DNA of 38,968 nt from Pseudobdellovibrionaceae bacterium (GTDB taxonomy: Bacteria > Bdellovibrionota > Bdellovibrionia > Bdellovibrionales > UBA1609), in the NCBI GenBank assembly GCA_030591685.1, contig JAUVAX010000021.1, positions 1 through 38,968 of the forward strand, in the 5' to 3' direction. Positions 9,122-18,144 of this stretch are shown piece after piece. How positions within the stretch are numbered: position 1 is the first letter of the stretch; every line of letters starts with the position of its first letter. The notes beneath the pieces are model-generated. The model worked only from the letters and a program-made list of their open reading frames with translations. It was not told where the DNA came from and did not search any database. Both the position numbers and the translations under genes were made by a program.

Positions 9122-10443
9122 AAGGCCTCTTTAGAGTTACTTTTTTGTTGATAAATTTTGCTCATACTCATCGCCGCAATAGTTGAGAACAGAGCACACG
9201 CGATGAGTAAATAAAAAACACTCGCCCAGCCAAACTGATCTGACATATAACCAGTGGCCCAAATAGAAACAGCGGCTCCTACGTACCCAAATCCGTCAAT
9301 TAATCCGGTGCATGTCCCGGCCCCTCGGGTGCCAGCGATATCAAGAGTTAAGCAACCGCTGCTCATCGAGTATGGCCCCAGAAGAAAAAACCCAGCCAGG
9401 CCCGAAAGAGCCACAATGATCCACTGGCTAGAATGATCACCCAGGGTAAATATGGCCATGAGTACTAAGCTCACAGTAAGGGCGGCGAGCATGATCCACA
9501 TCATGCGGGCGCGATCACCATTTTTAGCATGGTTATCCGTGTACCAGCCTAAAAATATAGTACCCACGCACCCAGCAAGGGGGAACATGGCAGATTTAAA
9601 AATTGCATCTGTTGAGTCCAGGCCAATATCAGTGAATAACTGAGTCGTCCAAAAGAAAAATATTTGCCTTAGTATTGTGGTGAGAACACTATAGACCAAT
9701 AAAATATGAAACAGGCGCATTGAAAACAAAGAGCGCATCACGTCGAGCGGGTTCACTGTTTCTTCAAGAGTGTCGTCATCTAACTCAATTTTTGCCAGGG
9801 CCTTTTTATTTGAAGGGGGGAACTCCACACCTGGGTAAACTTTATGTGGCGAAGACTTTGAGGCCAAAAAAGACCAAATAAAAACAACAAATAAAATACT
9901 TGCAGGTATAAAAAACACATACTGCCACCCGTAACCAAGGCTAATTATAGTCCCAGCAAGGAGGGTCGAAACAACCCCGCCAAATTGAAAGTTAAGACTA
10001 ATAAACCCCATGATGGTCCCGTTTTTTTCAGCCGGGGTCCAAGCGCCCACTGTTTTTGCGAGTCCACCCCAGCCCATGCTTAAAAAATAATGACCAAACG
10101 ACCAGGCAATAATAAACCAAATAAGTGTAGAGCCTTGAGCAAACATTAGGTTAGCAAAAATAGAGCCAATCATGCCGAGTAAAAATATTTTTCTCCCCCC
10201 CACTCGGTCACTCAAGGGGCCATTTACAAACTTACCAATGGCGTAAACAATTAAAGCGGTAGATCCAATAGCGCCTAGGTCTGTATTTGAAAACCCAAAG
10301 GTCTCTTTTAATAGCGGCAGTGCTGCGGAAATATTTTTTCTGCACAAGTAGTAGCCTACATAACCAAATAACATGACAGCATAGGTGCTCAGTTGCCATC
10401 TTTTAAGGACGGTGGCTTCTTTTGGTGTGGGTTGTCTTAGCAT
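9118..10443 (-). CDS. glpT: MFS transporter, OPA (GlpT/UhpT) family, probable glycerol-3-phosphate transporter
   Basis: GYVGYYLCRKN, YAIGKFVNGPLSDR, SMGWG, GTCTGLIDGFGYVG; about 12 TM helices; coupled to the GDPD gene. Confidence 0.85.
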   Translation of the reverse strand: MLRQPTPKEATVLKRWQLSTYAVMLFGYVGYYLCRKNISAALPLLKETFGFSNTDLGAIGSTALIVYAIGKFVNGPLSDRVGGRKIFLLGMIGSIFANLMFAQGSTLIWFIIAWSFGHYFLSMGWGGLAKTVGAWTPAEKNGTIMGFISLNFQFGGVVSTLLAGTIISLGYGWQYVFFIPASILFVVFIWSFLASKSSPHKVYPGVEFPPSNKKALAKIELDDDTLEETVNPLDVMRSLFSMRLFHILLVYSVLTTILRQIFFFWTTQLFTDIGLDSTDAIFKSAMFPLAGCVGTIFLGWYTDNHAKNGDRARMMWIMLAALTVSLVLMAIFTLGDHSSQWIIVALSGLAGFFLLGPYSMSSGCLTLDIAGTRGAGTCTGLIDGFGYVGAAVSIWATGYMSDQFGWASVFYLLIACALFSTIAAMSMSKIYQQKSNSKEAL

Positions 10444-10672
10444 AAGGCCTCTCTATGCTCTGGGGTAGTAAATCAAATCAGATTAAGGGGGGGGGATCCT
10501 TCTGAACATACCCCTTTTAAAAGCGCCCCTAAATTTTTAATAATTGAAATGTACTTAATTCCATTAATTACACAGAGCAAAATCATTAGGCCACGATTAT
10601 TGAAGATAATTGTAAAACTTATAAGGATTTGAAAGTTGATGATTGCACGGCTGTATATTTCATACAAAAAAG

Positions 10673-10709
10673 AACATGTGAGTTTACTACAGTAAGTTCT
10701 CCACATGTT
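10673..10709 (-). terminator. Possible intrinsic terminator or hairpin between the DTW gene and glpT
   Basis: AACATGTG...CACATGTT outer stem, followed on the minus strand by a U-rich run. Confidence 0.3.
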
Positions 10710-10815
10710 TTTAACATAATGATCTTTAGAGCAGAGGTTGGTTGAGTGTGCATAAGTGAATTTTTAATTTAAGTCTATTAGCTGGGTCACATTTTAATGC
10801 TCATTTAAAGTTAAT

Positions 10816-11520
10816 TTAATTAGGGTTGATAGAGCGCCAAGTTTTTTGAGTTTTTAAGCGCTCTATTTGTTGCTCAACCATCCAGTTAAAGGGGGTTAGT
10901 AAATGATCATGCTCTCGATTTTTTATGTTAAACCCCTGGCTGGGGCCCAGCAGCTCAATAATGTGGTGCACGGCCTCGAGAGTAGAGTAACACATGGGGC
11001 TTGGTTGTTTTCGAACGCGTATATTTGAGGGTTTAACAGGAGTAAAGCAAAAACGAGGCAGGGCGTTTAAATTTGGGCTTCTCGTCATCATTTTACCAGC
11101 ATTAGACCATGTGCCATCGAGGACAAAGACTCTTAACTTTCGAGAGCTTGTAAAGCGATTGGACCTTTCTGTGTCAGATAAAGAGGTGACATCTATAGAG
11201 CTTTCACCGCGAGCGAGAACAATATTATTGTAACTCTTATCAGCAAGCAGGCGATTGACCGTAGGACAGTTTGAAAACTCACTGCCCCTTATAATGTGTG
11301 AATTTTTAAGACTTAAGTAAGCCATGCGGCCCGTGGCAATTCTTCGACGTGACTCAATAGGGTGTATGAGTACGACGAACTCTATGTTTGGGTCAAAAGG
11401 AGTTATTTTTTCACAAAAACAATTAAATGAGGGCTGCCAACAGTCAGTACAAATGGTGCGCAAAACCTTTTTTAACTCAACTTTTGGAGGAGCTGTTCTT
11501 TGAAGCAAAGGCGCCATCAT
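10816..11520 (-). CDS. tapT: DTW-domain tRNA-uridine aminocarboxypropyltransferase (TapT-like)
   Basis: N-terminal CxxC..CxC, HPIE...ATG, VLDGTWSNA, RKQP and STLEA motifs. Confidence 0.88.
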   Translation of the reverse strand: MMAPLLQRTAPPKVELKKVLRTICTDCWQPSFNCFCEKITPFDPNIEFVVLIHPIESRRRIATGRMAYLSLKNSHIIRGSEFSNCPTVNRLLADKSYNNIVLARGESSIDVTSLSDTERSNRFTSSRKLRVFVLDGTWSNAGKMMTRSPNLNALPRFCFTPVKPSNIRVRKQPSPMCYSTLEAVHHIIELLGPSQGFNIKNREHDHLLTPFNWMVEQQIERLKTQKTWRSINPN

Positions 11521-11785
11521 AAATAAAACTCAAAATACGAAGATTTATTATAACCAAACGTAATTGGGTGAAAAATTTTTTTAAAAACCGCAAGGTGAGT
11601 TATAATTAGGGATCTCCTGATCAACGCTGGTTTGTACAGGCAGGTTACTTTTATTTTACAATTATAACAACCTCATACTTTAGTAAGTCTTCTCTATGCC
11701 GTGCCCCAGAGATTAAAGCCACGACCCTAAGTGGTGTAGTCATTATTAGGGTTAAAAAGAGTTATAGATGTGCGTCGAGTTATTT

Positions 11786-13654
11786 TTAATCTTTATAAAA
11801 GGTTCTGGGATTTCCATTAAGTATTACATCGCGCCCGTTGGGGTGAGGAGTAGTTTCAAAATTAAAAAACCTTCTATATAAACGTGCGTGCACTTTAGAT
11901 GTTATTACATATATTTGTTTTACTTCGTCCTCAGCGCGGTAACTGTTTGCAACCACCTTAAAAAGCTCTCCGAGCAGTTCAACATCCTTTTGGTTAGTTA
12001 CGGTAAGCCGACCAAACTCAACAACTTTACCCCCATGACGATCAAGATTTATGGTTCCTTTAGAGGCGATCTCTATAGGTAAAAGCTCCTTGGCATTTTT
12101 TGACTCTACAATGGTTATGCCTCCGGTAAAATTTGAAGGTCCTTTTGGTGGACCTCGACTGGTGATTAATAATTTTGAGCGAGTAGCCACATGGTTACTC
12201 TCATCAATAAACTCTTTTATTTCCTCAGGGGTGAGACTTAATTTTTTTGAATATGTATCGCTAACATAGTCCCAGTACTTTTCGGGGATCCCTTTGTATT
12301 CAGATTTATCAATTAAACTCTTTTTAGATAAATCAATGTACGTAAACGTTTTATTGTCTTTAAGCGTACGAAATTGATAGCCTACAGTTTTTTTGGGCAA
12401 AGTATTCAGGGGGTGTTTTGTGACTTGGATGACCATTTCATCAACACTCCATGCCCGATTAACTCCTGAAAATTGAGGCTTTAAATTATTTCTTTTAATG
12501 ATCCCGACCATTTTGGATAAGCCAGGTGATGCAGCAACACCCGCAAGTCCTATGGTTTCGATTGTTGTTTGTATCAAAGCATCTGATTTGCGCTCTAAGC
12601 ACTCATGATAAAGCTCAGTTGAGACGGAGCTTGAGACCCTAAGGGCGTTGAGTTGTCGACATTCAGAATTTACAGAGGTTAAAATATTATAATTCTTCAT
12701 GCCATACGCGGCCTGTAATGCTGTCGTGGTCTTAGTAGATCTCGAAAAGCGAGCCAGAGAACTTAAAACCTTCGACCCCGTACTGACGGTTTTAATTAGT
12801 GCCGGCGCACCAGCAGATGCCAACATAATAACAGCTGTGCTGGTATTGATAACGGTTTTTACGGTTTTAATATTTTTTTGTGCCGCCATTAATCGACAAT
12901 AGCTATTTTGATCCTTAGAATCTAGTTCGTTTGACAACGAGTAGGTTTCTGCGGCCGCCAGAACCATTGGGTATTTATGAATAACTTGCTCCAATAAGTG
13001 TGGCTTACGGGAGGTCCTATCAAAATTTAAAGGGAGCATCTTAGCTTTTGAATAGGCAACTTTAAGTTCAGCAAGATTTTTATAAAACTCAGCGAGAGCA
13101 CTATTTAAGTGGCCCTTAAACGTGTCCTCATTAAAACTTGAACCTTCATTAGAAAAAAATGAAGAAAGCTCGTTGGATGCCAGGATGGGCTGCTGAATTA
13201 AAAAGGCAGAAATTAAATTATCGGCCATTTTTTTTTCGTCTTCGAGATCTAAAATCCATCCTCTTGGGCACTTCATTCTTTTTCTACAGGTGTCTTCTTT
13301 TTTTTGCAAAATATGACGTTGTTTATAAAGTTCTTTTAACGTTTTTGCGGCCCCAATAAGTGGCCTTAGTTGTGGGGGCTCAATTGTTTTGTCCCCGTCT
13401 TTAAATGAGAACATAGGTGCAATATATCGCTTAACGGGCGCATACTGCTGGGCTACCCGATCTAAAGACTCAAGCGAGTATTCAATAGTTTTTTTTATAA
13501 ATAAAAGGTCTTTTAAATCATTAGGTAGCGTCAGCGTAGCGGGACTCTCTTCGCTACAGGTAGACGCAGGGCAATCGACGCCCCAGGCCTCATTCAGTGA
13601 GAACAGGGTAGACATAGTTAGAGTTACTAGGGTAATAAATTTTAAAAAAATCAT
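11786..13654 (-). CDS. Secreted protein with helical N-terminus and C-terminal FeeM/N-acyl-amino-acid-synthase-like GNAT domain
   Basis: Signal peptide ending AWG. The C-terminus has GGITIV...LLPIE...KVVEFGRL...IYVITSKVHARLYRRFFNF, resembling FeeM/LuxI-like acyltransferase motifs. Confidence 0.65.
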   Translation of the reverse strand: MIFLKFITLVTLTMSTLFSLNEAWGVDCPASTCSEESPATLTLPNDLKDLLFIKKTIEYSLESLDRVAQQYAPVKRYIAPMFSFKDGDKTIEPPQLRPLIGAAKTLKELYKQRHILQKKEDTCRKRMKCPRGWILDLEDEKKMADNLISAFLIQQPILASNELSSFFSNEGSSFNEDTFKGHLNSALAEFYKNLAELKVAYSKAKMLPLNFDRTSRKPHLLEQVIHKYPMVLAAAETYSLSNELDSKDQNSYCRLMAAQKNIKTVKTVINTSTAVIMLASAGAPALIKTVSTGSKVLSSLARFSRSTKTTTALQAAYGMKNYNILTSVNSECRQLNALRVSSSVSTELYHECLERKSDALIQTTIETIGLAGVAASPGLSKMVGIIKRNNLKPQFSGVNRAWSVDEMVIQVTKHPLNTLPKKTVGYQFRTLKDNKTFTYIDLSKKSLIDKSEYKGIPEKYWDYVSDTYSKKLSLTPEEIKEFIDESNHVATRSKLLITSRGPPKGPSNFTGGITIVESKNAKELLPIEIASKGTINLDRHGGKVVEFGRLTVTNQKDVELLGELFKVVANSYRAEDEVKQIYVITSKVHARLYRRFFNFETTPHPNGRDVILNGNPRTFYKD

Positions 13655-13812
13655 ATTAGCGCCCTTTTTTGTCTAGTCACGGCATCGAAGTGTAAGGCCA
13701 ATAGTCTAATTATAATACAAAGCTTATCTTTGCGTGAAATTAACACTCAGAAAGTAAGAGACGCTTGGTTATTTATGCCATGTAGGCAGAGAGGTTTTAT
13801 AAAAGTAATAAA

Positions 13813-13825
13813 TATCAAAGGGTTA
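13813..13825 (+). promoter_or_regulatory. IHF-consensus site
   Basis: TATCAAAGGGTTA matches WATCAANNNNTTR, with AT-rich sequence 5' of it, upstream of the 622-aa gene. Confidence 0.35.
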
Positions 13826-13887
13826 CAGCCACGAATTTTAAGGGGTAGTTTGAGGTGATAATGGTTAAACGTCTCAAGTTGAGCCAG

Positions 13888-14442
13888 TTAACTAGGGCAG
13901 AGAGGCTCAGTGTTAGTTAAGTATTGTTCAGTGAGTTCTTCAATGAATGAAACATGGCTGCTGTTGATTTCTTTCCAGAGCCTGTTTTTGCTCCAACCAT
14001 AGCCCCACTTAAAGGGGAGGCCTGTGCGAGGGCCACCAGATATTCTGACAGCTCTGTAGTATGAGTAGGCCGTGAGTGTTGAAGCCACGGTCTTCATGCA
14101 AGCATAAAAAGTTTGATCGGCATTGAGCCGGTCTGACTCTGATCCGCCTAACCAGTAGTTATAGTCGTGTTGTATGCAGCATGGCAGGTAGGATTTTTTG
14201 CTAGTAAGGCTTGAATCAGGAGAAATACTACACCCATCAGTTTCAAAGGGTTTTAAATAGTTATCAGAGGGCTCCTCTATAGGCTCGACGGTTTTTGCCA
14301 TCTCAAGTCTTTTTTTGGCGGATTCAATAATTCTGGGGAGTGCTTTGCAGTTATAAATAACATCGATGTCATTTTCTGCCGAGGCGATATTTATGTAAAT
14401 AAAATGAATCATTAAATAGTAAATTAAAATTTTCATAAGCAT
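13888..14442 (-). CDS. Secreted prokaryotic phospholipase A2-like protein
   Basis: Signal peptide ending ASA; FETDGCS, CCIQHDYNYW (His-Asp), ADQTFYACM, YYRAVRISG motifs. The start may be 14436. Confidence 0.7.
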   Translation of the reverse strand: MLMKILIYYLMIHFIYINIASAENDIDVIYNCKALPRIIESAKKRLEMAKTVEPIEEPSDNYLKPFETDGCSISPDSSLTSKKSYLPCCIQHDYNYWLGGSESDRLNADQTFYACMKTVASTLTAYSYYRAVRISGGPRTGLPFKWGYGWSKNRLWKEINSSHVSFIEELTEQYLTNTEPLCPS

Positions 14443-14658
14443 CGATCCGAGTCTAAAAAATAATAATGAATAAGAACACTAACATAAGTTTAGACTCTGT
14501 GAGCTGTAAACACGGAAAAGATGAATTATTTATATGTTTATCGATAAGCTGAAAGGATTCTGCGCCCCGGCGGTCATTTGACAGCAAGAGGAGACCCCAT
14601 GGATTGAAGGGTTTTAACAGGGTTACACTACGGTGGGGAGGGGCATACCTTCAACATA

Positions 14659-14686
14659 TTGACAAAAGGCTTTTGAGACCTAATAT
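14659..14686 (+). promoter_or_regulatory. Sigma70-type promoter candidate for the aldehyde dehydrogenase
   Basis: TTGACA-N16-TAATAT, followed by an AAGGA RBS. Confidence 0.45.
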
Positions 14687-14725
14687 TAAACGAGCACCAG
14701 GTTTATTTAAAAAGGACTTAAAAAA

Positions 14726-16051
14726 ATGAAAACACTAAAAACCTTTAACCCCTCAACAGGGGATTTAATTAAAGAGCTAGAAGTCACCACAGACAAAGAA
14801 ATTCAAAATATAGTTTGTCGGTCAAAAGAGGTTCAAAAATTTTGGGGTGCAAAAACAGTTAAAGAGCGTGCTGATTTAATAGTAAAATCCTATGAGGGCA
14901 TTGAGGCACATAAACAAGAGCTTGCAGATTTAATACACTTAGAGATGGGTAAAACCCCAGTCGAGTCTTTAAGAGAGGTAGAAATTTACATTGGGGGCAT
15001 TAAAAACATGGCCCTAGAGGTAATAGATGCCCTTAAGCCCTCTGAAAAAACTGACGGTAAGGTAACCACAACAACCTACCACGACCCCCTGGGTGTTTGT
15101 GCAAGCATCACCCCTTGGAACTTTCCTTTAGGCATGCCCCACACCCTTATGATGCCAAGCTTAATGGCTGGTAACACGGTTATTTTTAAACCGTCTGAAG
15201 AGGTCCCTTTAATTGGTATAATGTACGCAGAGATATTAAATAAAGTTTTACCAAAAGATGTTTTAACCGTCGTTATTGGTACAGGTGATCAAGGTAAAAA
15301 ATTGGTCGAATCTGATGTGCAGTTGATTACTTTTACAGGCTCTCAAGCGACAGGCAAACATATATTAGAGCATGCGGGTAAAGATTTAAAGCGAGTGCTC
15401 CTGGAGCTTGGTGGTAAAGACCCATTAATTGTACTTGAAGACGCTGACCTAGGTGCGGCCGCACAGTTTGCGGCCGCGAATAGCTTTAGAAACACCGGTC
15501 AGGTGTGCGTGAGTACTGAGGTGATTTATGTTTTAGAATCTCAGGAGAGAGAGTTTTTAGAAAAATTAAAAAAATACACCGCCGACATTCAAGTGGGCTC
15601 TATGATACATAAAAAACAACGAGATCATGTGCTAAAGCAGGTTACAGGTGCCTTAAGCGCCGGAGCACAACTTGAGTACGGCAACCCAAAGGCTGAAAAA
15701 ATACAGCCGATAATTTTATCAAAACTGACTCCCGATATGGATATTATGATTAACGAAACCTTTGGCCCGGTGGCCTGTGTGGTAGCTGTTAAGACCCCTG
15801 AAGAGGCCGTAGAGTTAGCAAACAGACCTAACTATGCTTTAGGGGCCGTTGTGTTTGGGGGAGATCTTGAAGGGGCTAAAAAAATAGGTCGCCAATTGAA
15901 GGCCGGCATGGTGGGGATTAATAAAGCCTCCGGCGGGGTAAAGGGCAGCCCCTGGGTCGGTGCTGGCCAAAGTGGTTATGGTTTTCACGGCTCTGCAGAG
16001 GGGCACCGGCAGTTTACTCAACTCAGAATTCTAAGTGCTCCCAATATATAA
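14726..16051 (+). CDS. NAD(P)-dependent aldehyde dehydrogenase (succinate-semialdehyde dehydrogenase-like)
   Basis: ITPWNFP, FKPSE, FTGS, LELGGKDP, GQVCVS (catalytic Cys), ETFGPV. Confidence 0.95.
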   Translation: MKTLKTFNPSTGDLIKELEVTTDKEIQNIVCRSKEVQKFWGAKTVKERADLIVKSYEGIEAHKQELADLIHLEMGKTPVESLREVEIYIGGIKNMALEVIDALKPSEKTDGKVTTTTYHDPLGVCASITPWNFPLGMPHTLMMPSLMAGNTVIFKPSEEVPLIGIMYAEILNKVLPKDVLTVVIGTGDQGKKLVESDVQLITFTGSQATGKHILEHAGKDLKRVLLELGGKDPLIVLEDADLGAAAQFAAANSFRNTGQVCVSTEVIYVLESQEREFLEKLKKYTADIQVGSMIHKKQRDHVLKQVTGALSAGAQLEYGNPKAEKIQPIILSKLTPDMDIMINETFGPVACVVAVKTPEEAVELANRPNYALGAVVFGGDLEGAKKIGRQLKAGMVGINKASGGVKGSPWVGAGQSGYGFHGSAEGHRQFTQLRILSAPNI

Positions 16052-16199
16052 AAGGTTTAAATTTTAGTAAGCATCAAAAAAAAGTAAAAAAAATTTTAAA
16101 CACTAAAACAAATTAAAGCTCTATTCATCTTGATTTTGATTTAGTGTCTTGAACTCTTCATATTGATCTATCATAAGTAGGTTCATCTAAATTTAGGAC

Positions 16200-16227
16200 T
16201 AAAGTTCAGTATGGTTATCTCCGAATA
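16200..16227 (+). promoter_or_regulatory. Sigma28 (FliA)-type promoter candidate
   Basis: TAAA-N16-TCCGAATA about 70 bp upstream of ATG 16297. Confidence 0.4.
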
Positions 16228-16296
16228 ATACATCGTAGTTTTTTTGAGACGCCAAATCTCAAGAATGTTCAATGCGGTACGTTTAAGGAGGTTTTA

Positions 16297-17924
16297 ATGT
16301 TAAAAGGTGTCAGTAATTTAATTAGTTTTTATTTTATTTATCTCGGTTATTTTTATTAGTTTTCAAAATTGTGGCGGGGGGTTTCAACCGCCTGTAGAGT
16401 TTTCATCTTTATCCTCAAATGGTTTAAGTAACGAAGTCAGTATTAAAAATATAAGTGTTGATCAGTTTCTTACTGTAGGTGCCACGCTGGACTTATTTGT
16501 AACCTTAAACAATGCCCCGTCCGATGTTACTTATGTTTGGCAAAAGGGTTCTGATGATATTGACTCGAGTACCAGTAATACTCTCTCCGTCGGATCTGTT
16601 GTAACTTCTGATGCGGGCCCTTATAGTGTTAATGTATTTTCTGGAGGCGAACTTTTAATTGAGAGCCAAGATATTTCAGTATATGTTGTATAAACAGCTG
16701 TGACTTGTACTTCTTATTTATTCCCAGTCGATAACAATGGGATTATTACATGTGAGCCTCAATTGATCAACTGTGACCCTCAAGATTCAAACTCTAATTA
16801 TTTACAAAACATGGCTTCATGTGTAGAGATTTTAAATACAACGACAGGGAGCCTTGATCTTGTGAGCTTTACTTGTGACAGTGGTTATGCTGTTGATACT
16901 GCGACAAGCACATGTAGCTTAATAACGCAGTATTTTATATTTTGGCCCCCCTCAAACTATAATTGAGGGAAGCGAAATAAATTTATCCATAACAGTATCA
17001 AATGACCCGGGGGATTTAACTTATCATTGGGTTGGCCATGGCGCCGAATTACAAACAGGCACAGAAAGTACATATCAAAAGTCAGGGGCTGTTGTTGCCG
17101 ACACTGGTAATTACTATGTTGAGGTTCATAATTCGTTAGGCTTATTGTTGAGGAGTGAGAATGTCTTAGTCAGCGTTGTTACTGGGTCTGTGAACGGCCC
17201 TTCAAGTCAGACTTTTAATGCGAGTACAGGCCTGTGTGTAAACAACACTGTTGATTGCTCTGGTGAAGTCGGCATGTCGACCTGTATCGACACTTTTAAT
17301 ACAACAACTAATGTATATGATCGAACCTACACCTGTGGCTCTGGGTACATACAAAACACCACAGCTGGCACGTGTGAGCTTATGCAAGCTCTAAGTGCGC
17401 CGACATTTAGTTTATCGGCAGGCACATATGCGCCTGGTCAATCCCTTGTAATATCAGGCCCCCCAGAAGCTACTATTAAGTATACAACTAACGGGAGTGA
17501 CCCCGCTTGCTCGGGCTCAAACACGTATACTTCACCCCTTACTATAAACACAACCCAAACAGTAAAAGCAATCGCTTGCAAAGCTGGTAGCAGCCCCTCT
17601 TCAATTGCAAGCACTGGGGAGTATATAATTTCAACCGTTACTTGTGCATGGAGAAAGGATTACATTGGTCAAGCGTCAGATCCTGCGCCTGTTGGGACGG
17701 TTATGTATGGTTTTGCAGGGTACGTTGGATGGAGTGATGAAGTCGGTACCACGACTCCAAGAGATTCATTTGTCCAGTGTACTTATCATGGTGTTTATGT
17801 GGCGGGGTCGTGGGACGAAGGGTGGCCCTACAGGACTGATTTTATATGTAGCGCAGATGGTAAATGGTATGCGCAGCGTGCGTATTATGCGGTCGCAGAT
17901 AATTGTGCATCGGTTCCAAACTAA
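16297..17924 (+). pseudogene. Disrupted surface lipoprotein: FQNC lipobox, 2x(Ig-like + Cys-rich), Fn3-associated/chitobiase-C domain
   Basis: AAGGAGG-ATG at 16297; frameshift near 16320 into LVFILFISVIFISFQNCGGG and Ig domain 1 (VTYVWQKG...DAGPYSV); in-frame TAA at 16691-16693; continues as ORF 16700-16966; frameshift near 16925 into Ig domain 2 (LTYHWVG...DTGNYYV), continuous with ORF 17145-17924 (PTFS..GTY..YTTNGSDP..VKAIA). May extend to 18033 through a further frameshift. Confidence 0.85.
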
Positions 17925-18114
17925 CCTCTGTATTGAAGCCTGCAATGATATTAATTACTGTGCATCAGTGTTGCGATTAAAAACTGACTCTGATCCAGTG
18001 GCACACGTTGATGAATTTTACTGCAGGTCATAATGTGCAGAGCTCTATCCCTGGTTTATGAGGACAAAAGAGCGACGAAACAAAAATTACTATTTTATTG
18101 GTAAAAAATGTTGC

Positions 18115-18139
18115 AAAAGTATAAATCAGGTATACTTTT
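18115..18139. promoter_or_regulatory. 9-bp inverted repeat overlapping a TATACT -10 box
   Basis: AAAAGTATA-AATCAGG-TATACTTTT ending 5 nt before ATG 18145. Confidence 0.45.
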
Positions 18140-18144
18140 AATTT

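Noticed and set aside
10473..10706. 77-aa minus-strand ORF upstream of glpT
   Set aside because: No RBS or family features; AT-rich promoter-like DNA overlapping a hairpin
16700..16966. 88-aa ORF (and 17145-17924) as independent genes
   Set aside because: Both are in-frame fragments of the disrupted lipoprotein gene and lack their own RBS or signal peptide
17644..18033. 129-aa ORF as a separate gene
   Set aside because: Mostly an alternate frame of the pseudogene; only the last ~37 Cys-rich codons may be its frameshifted tail
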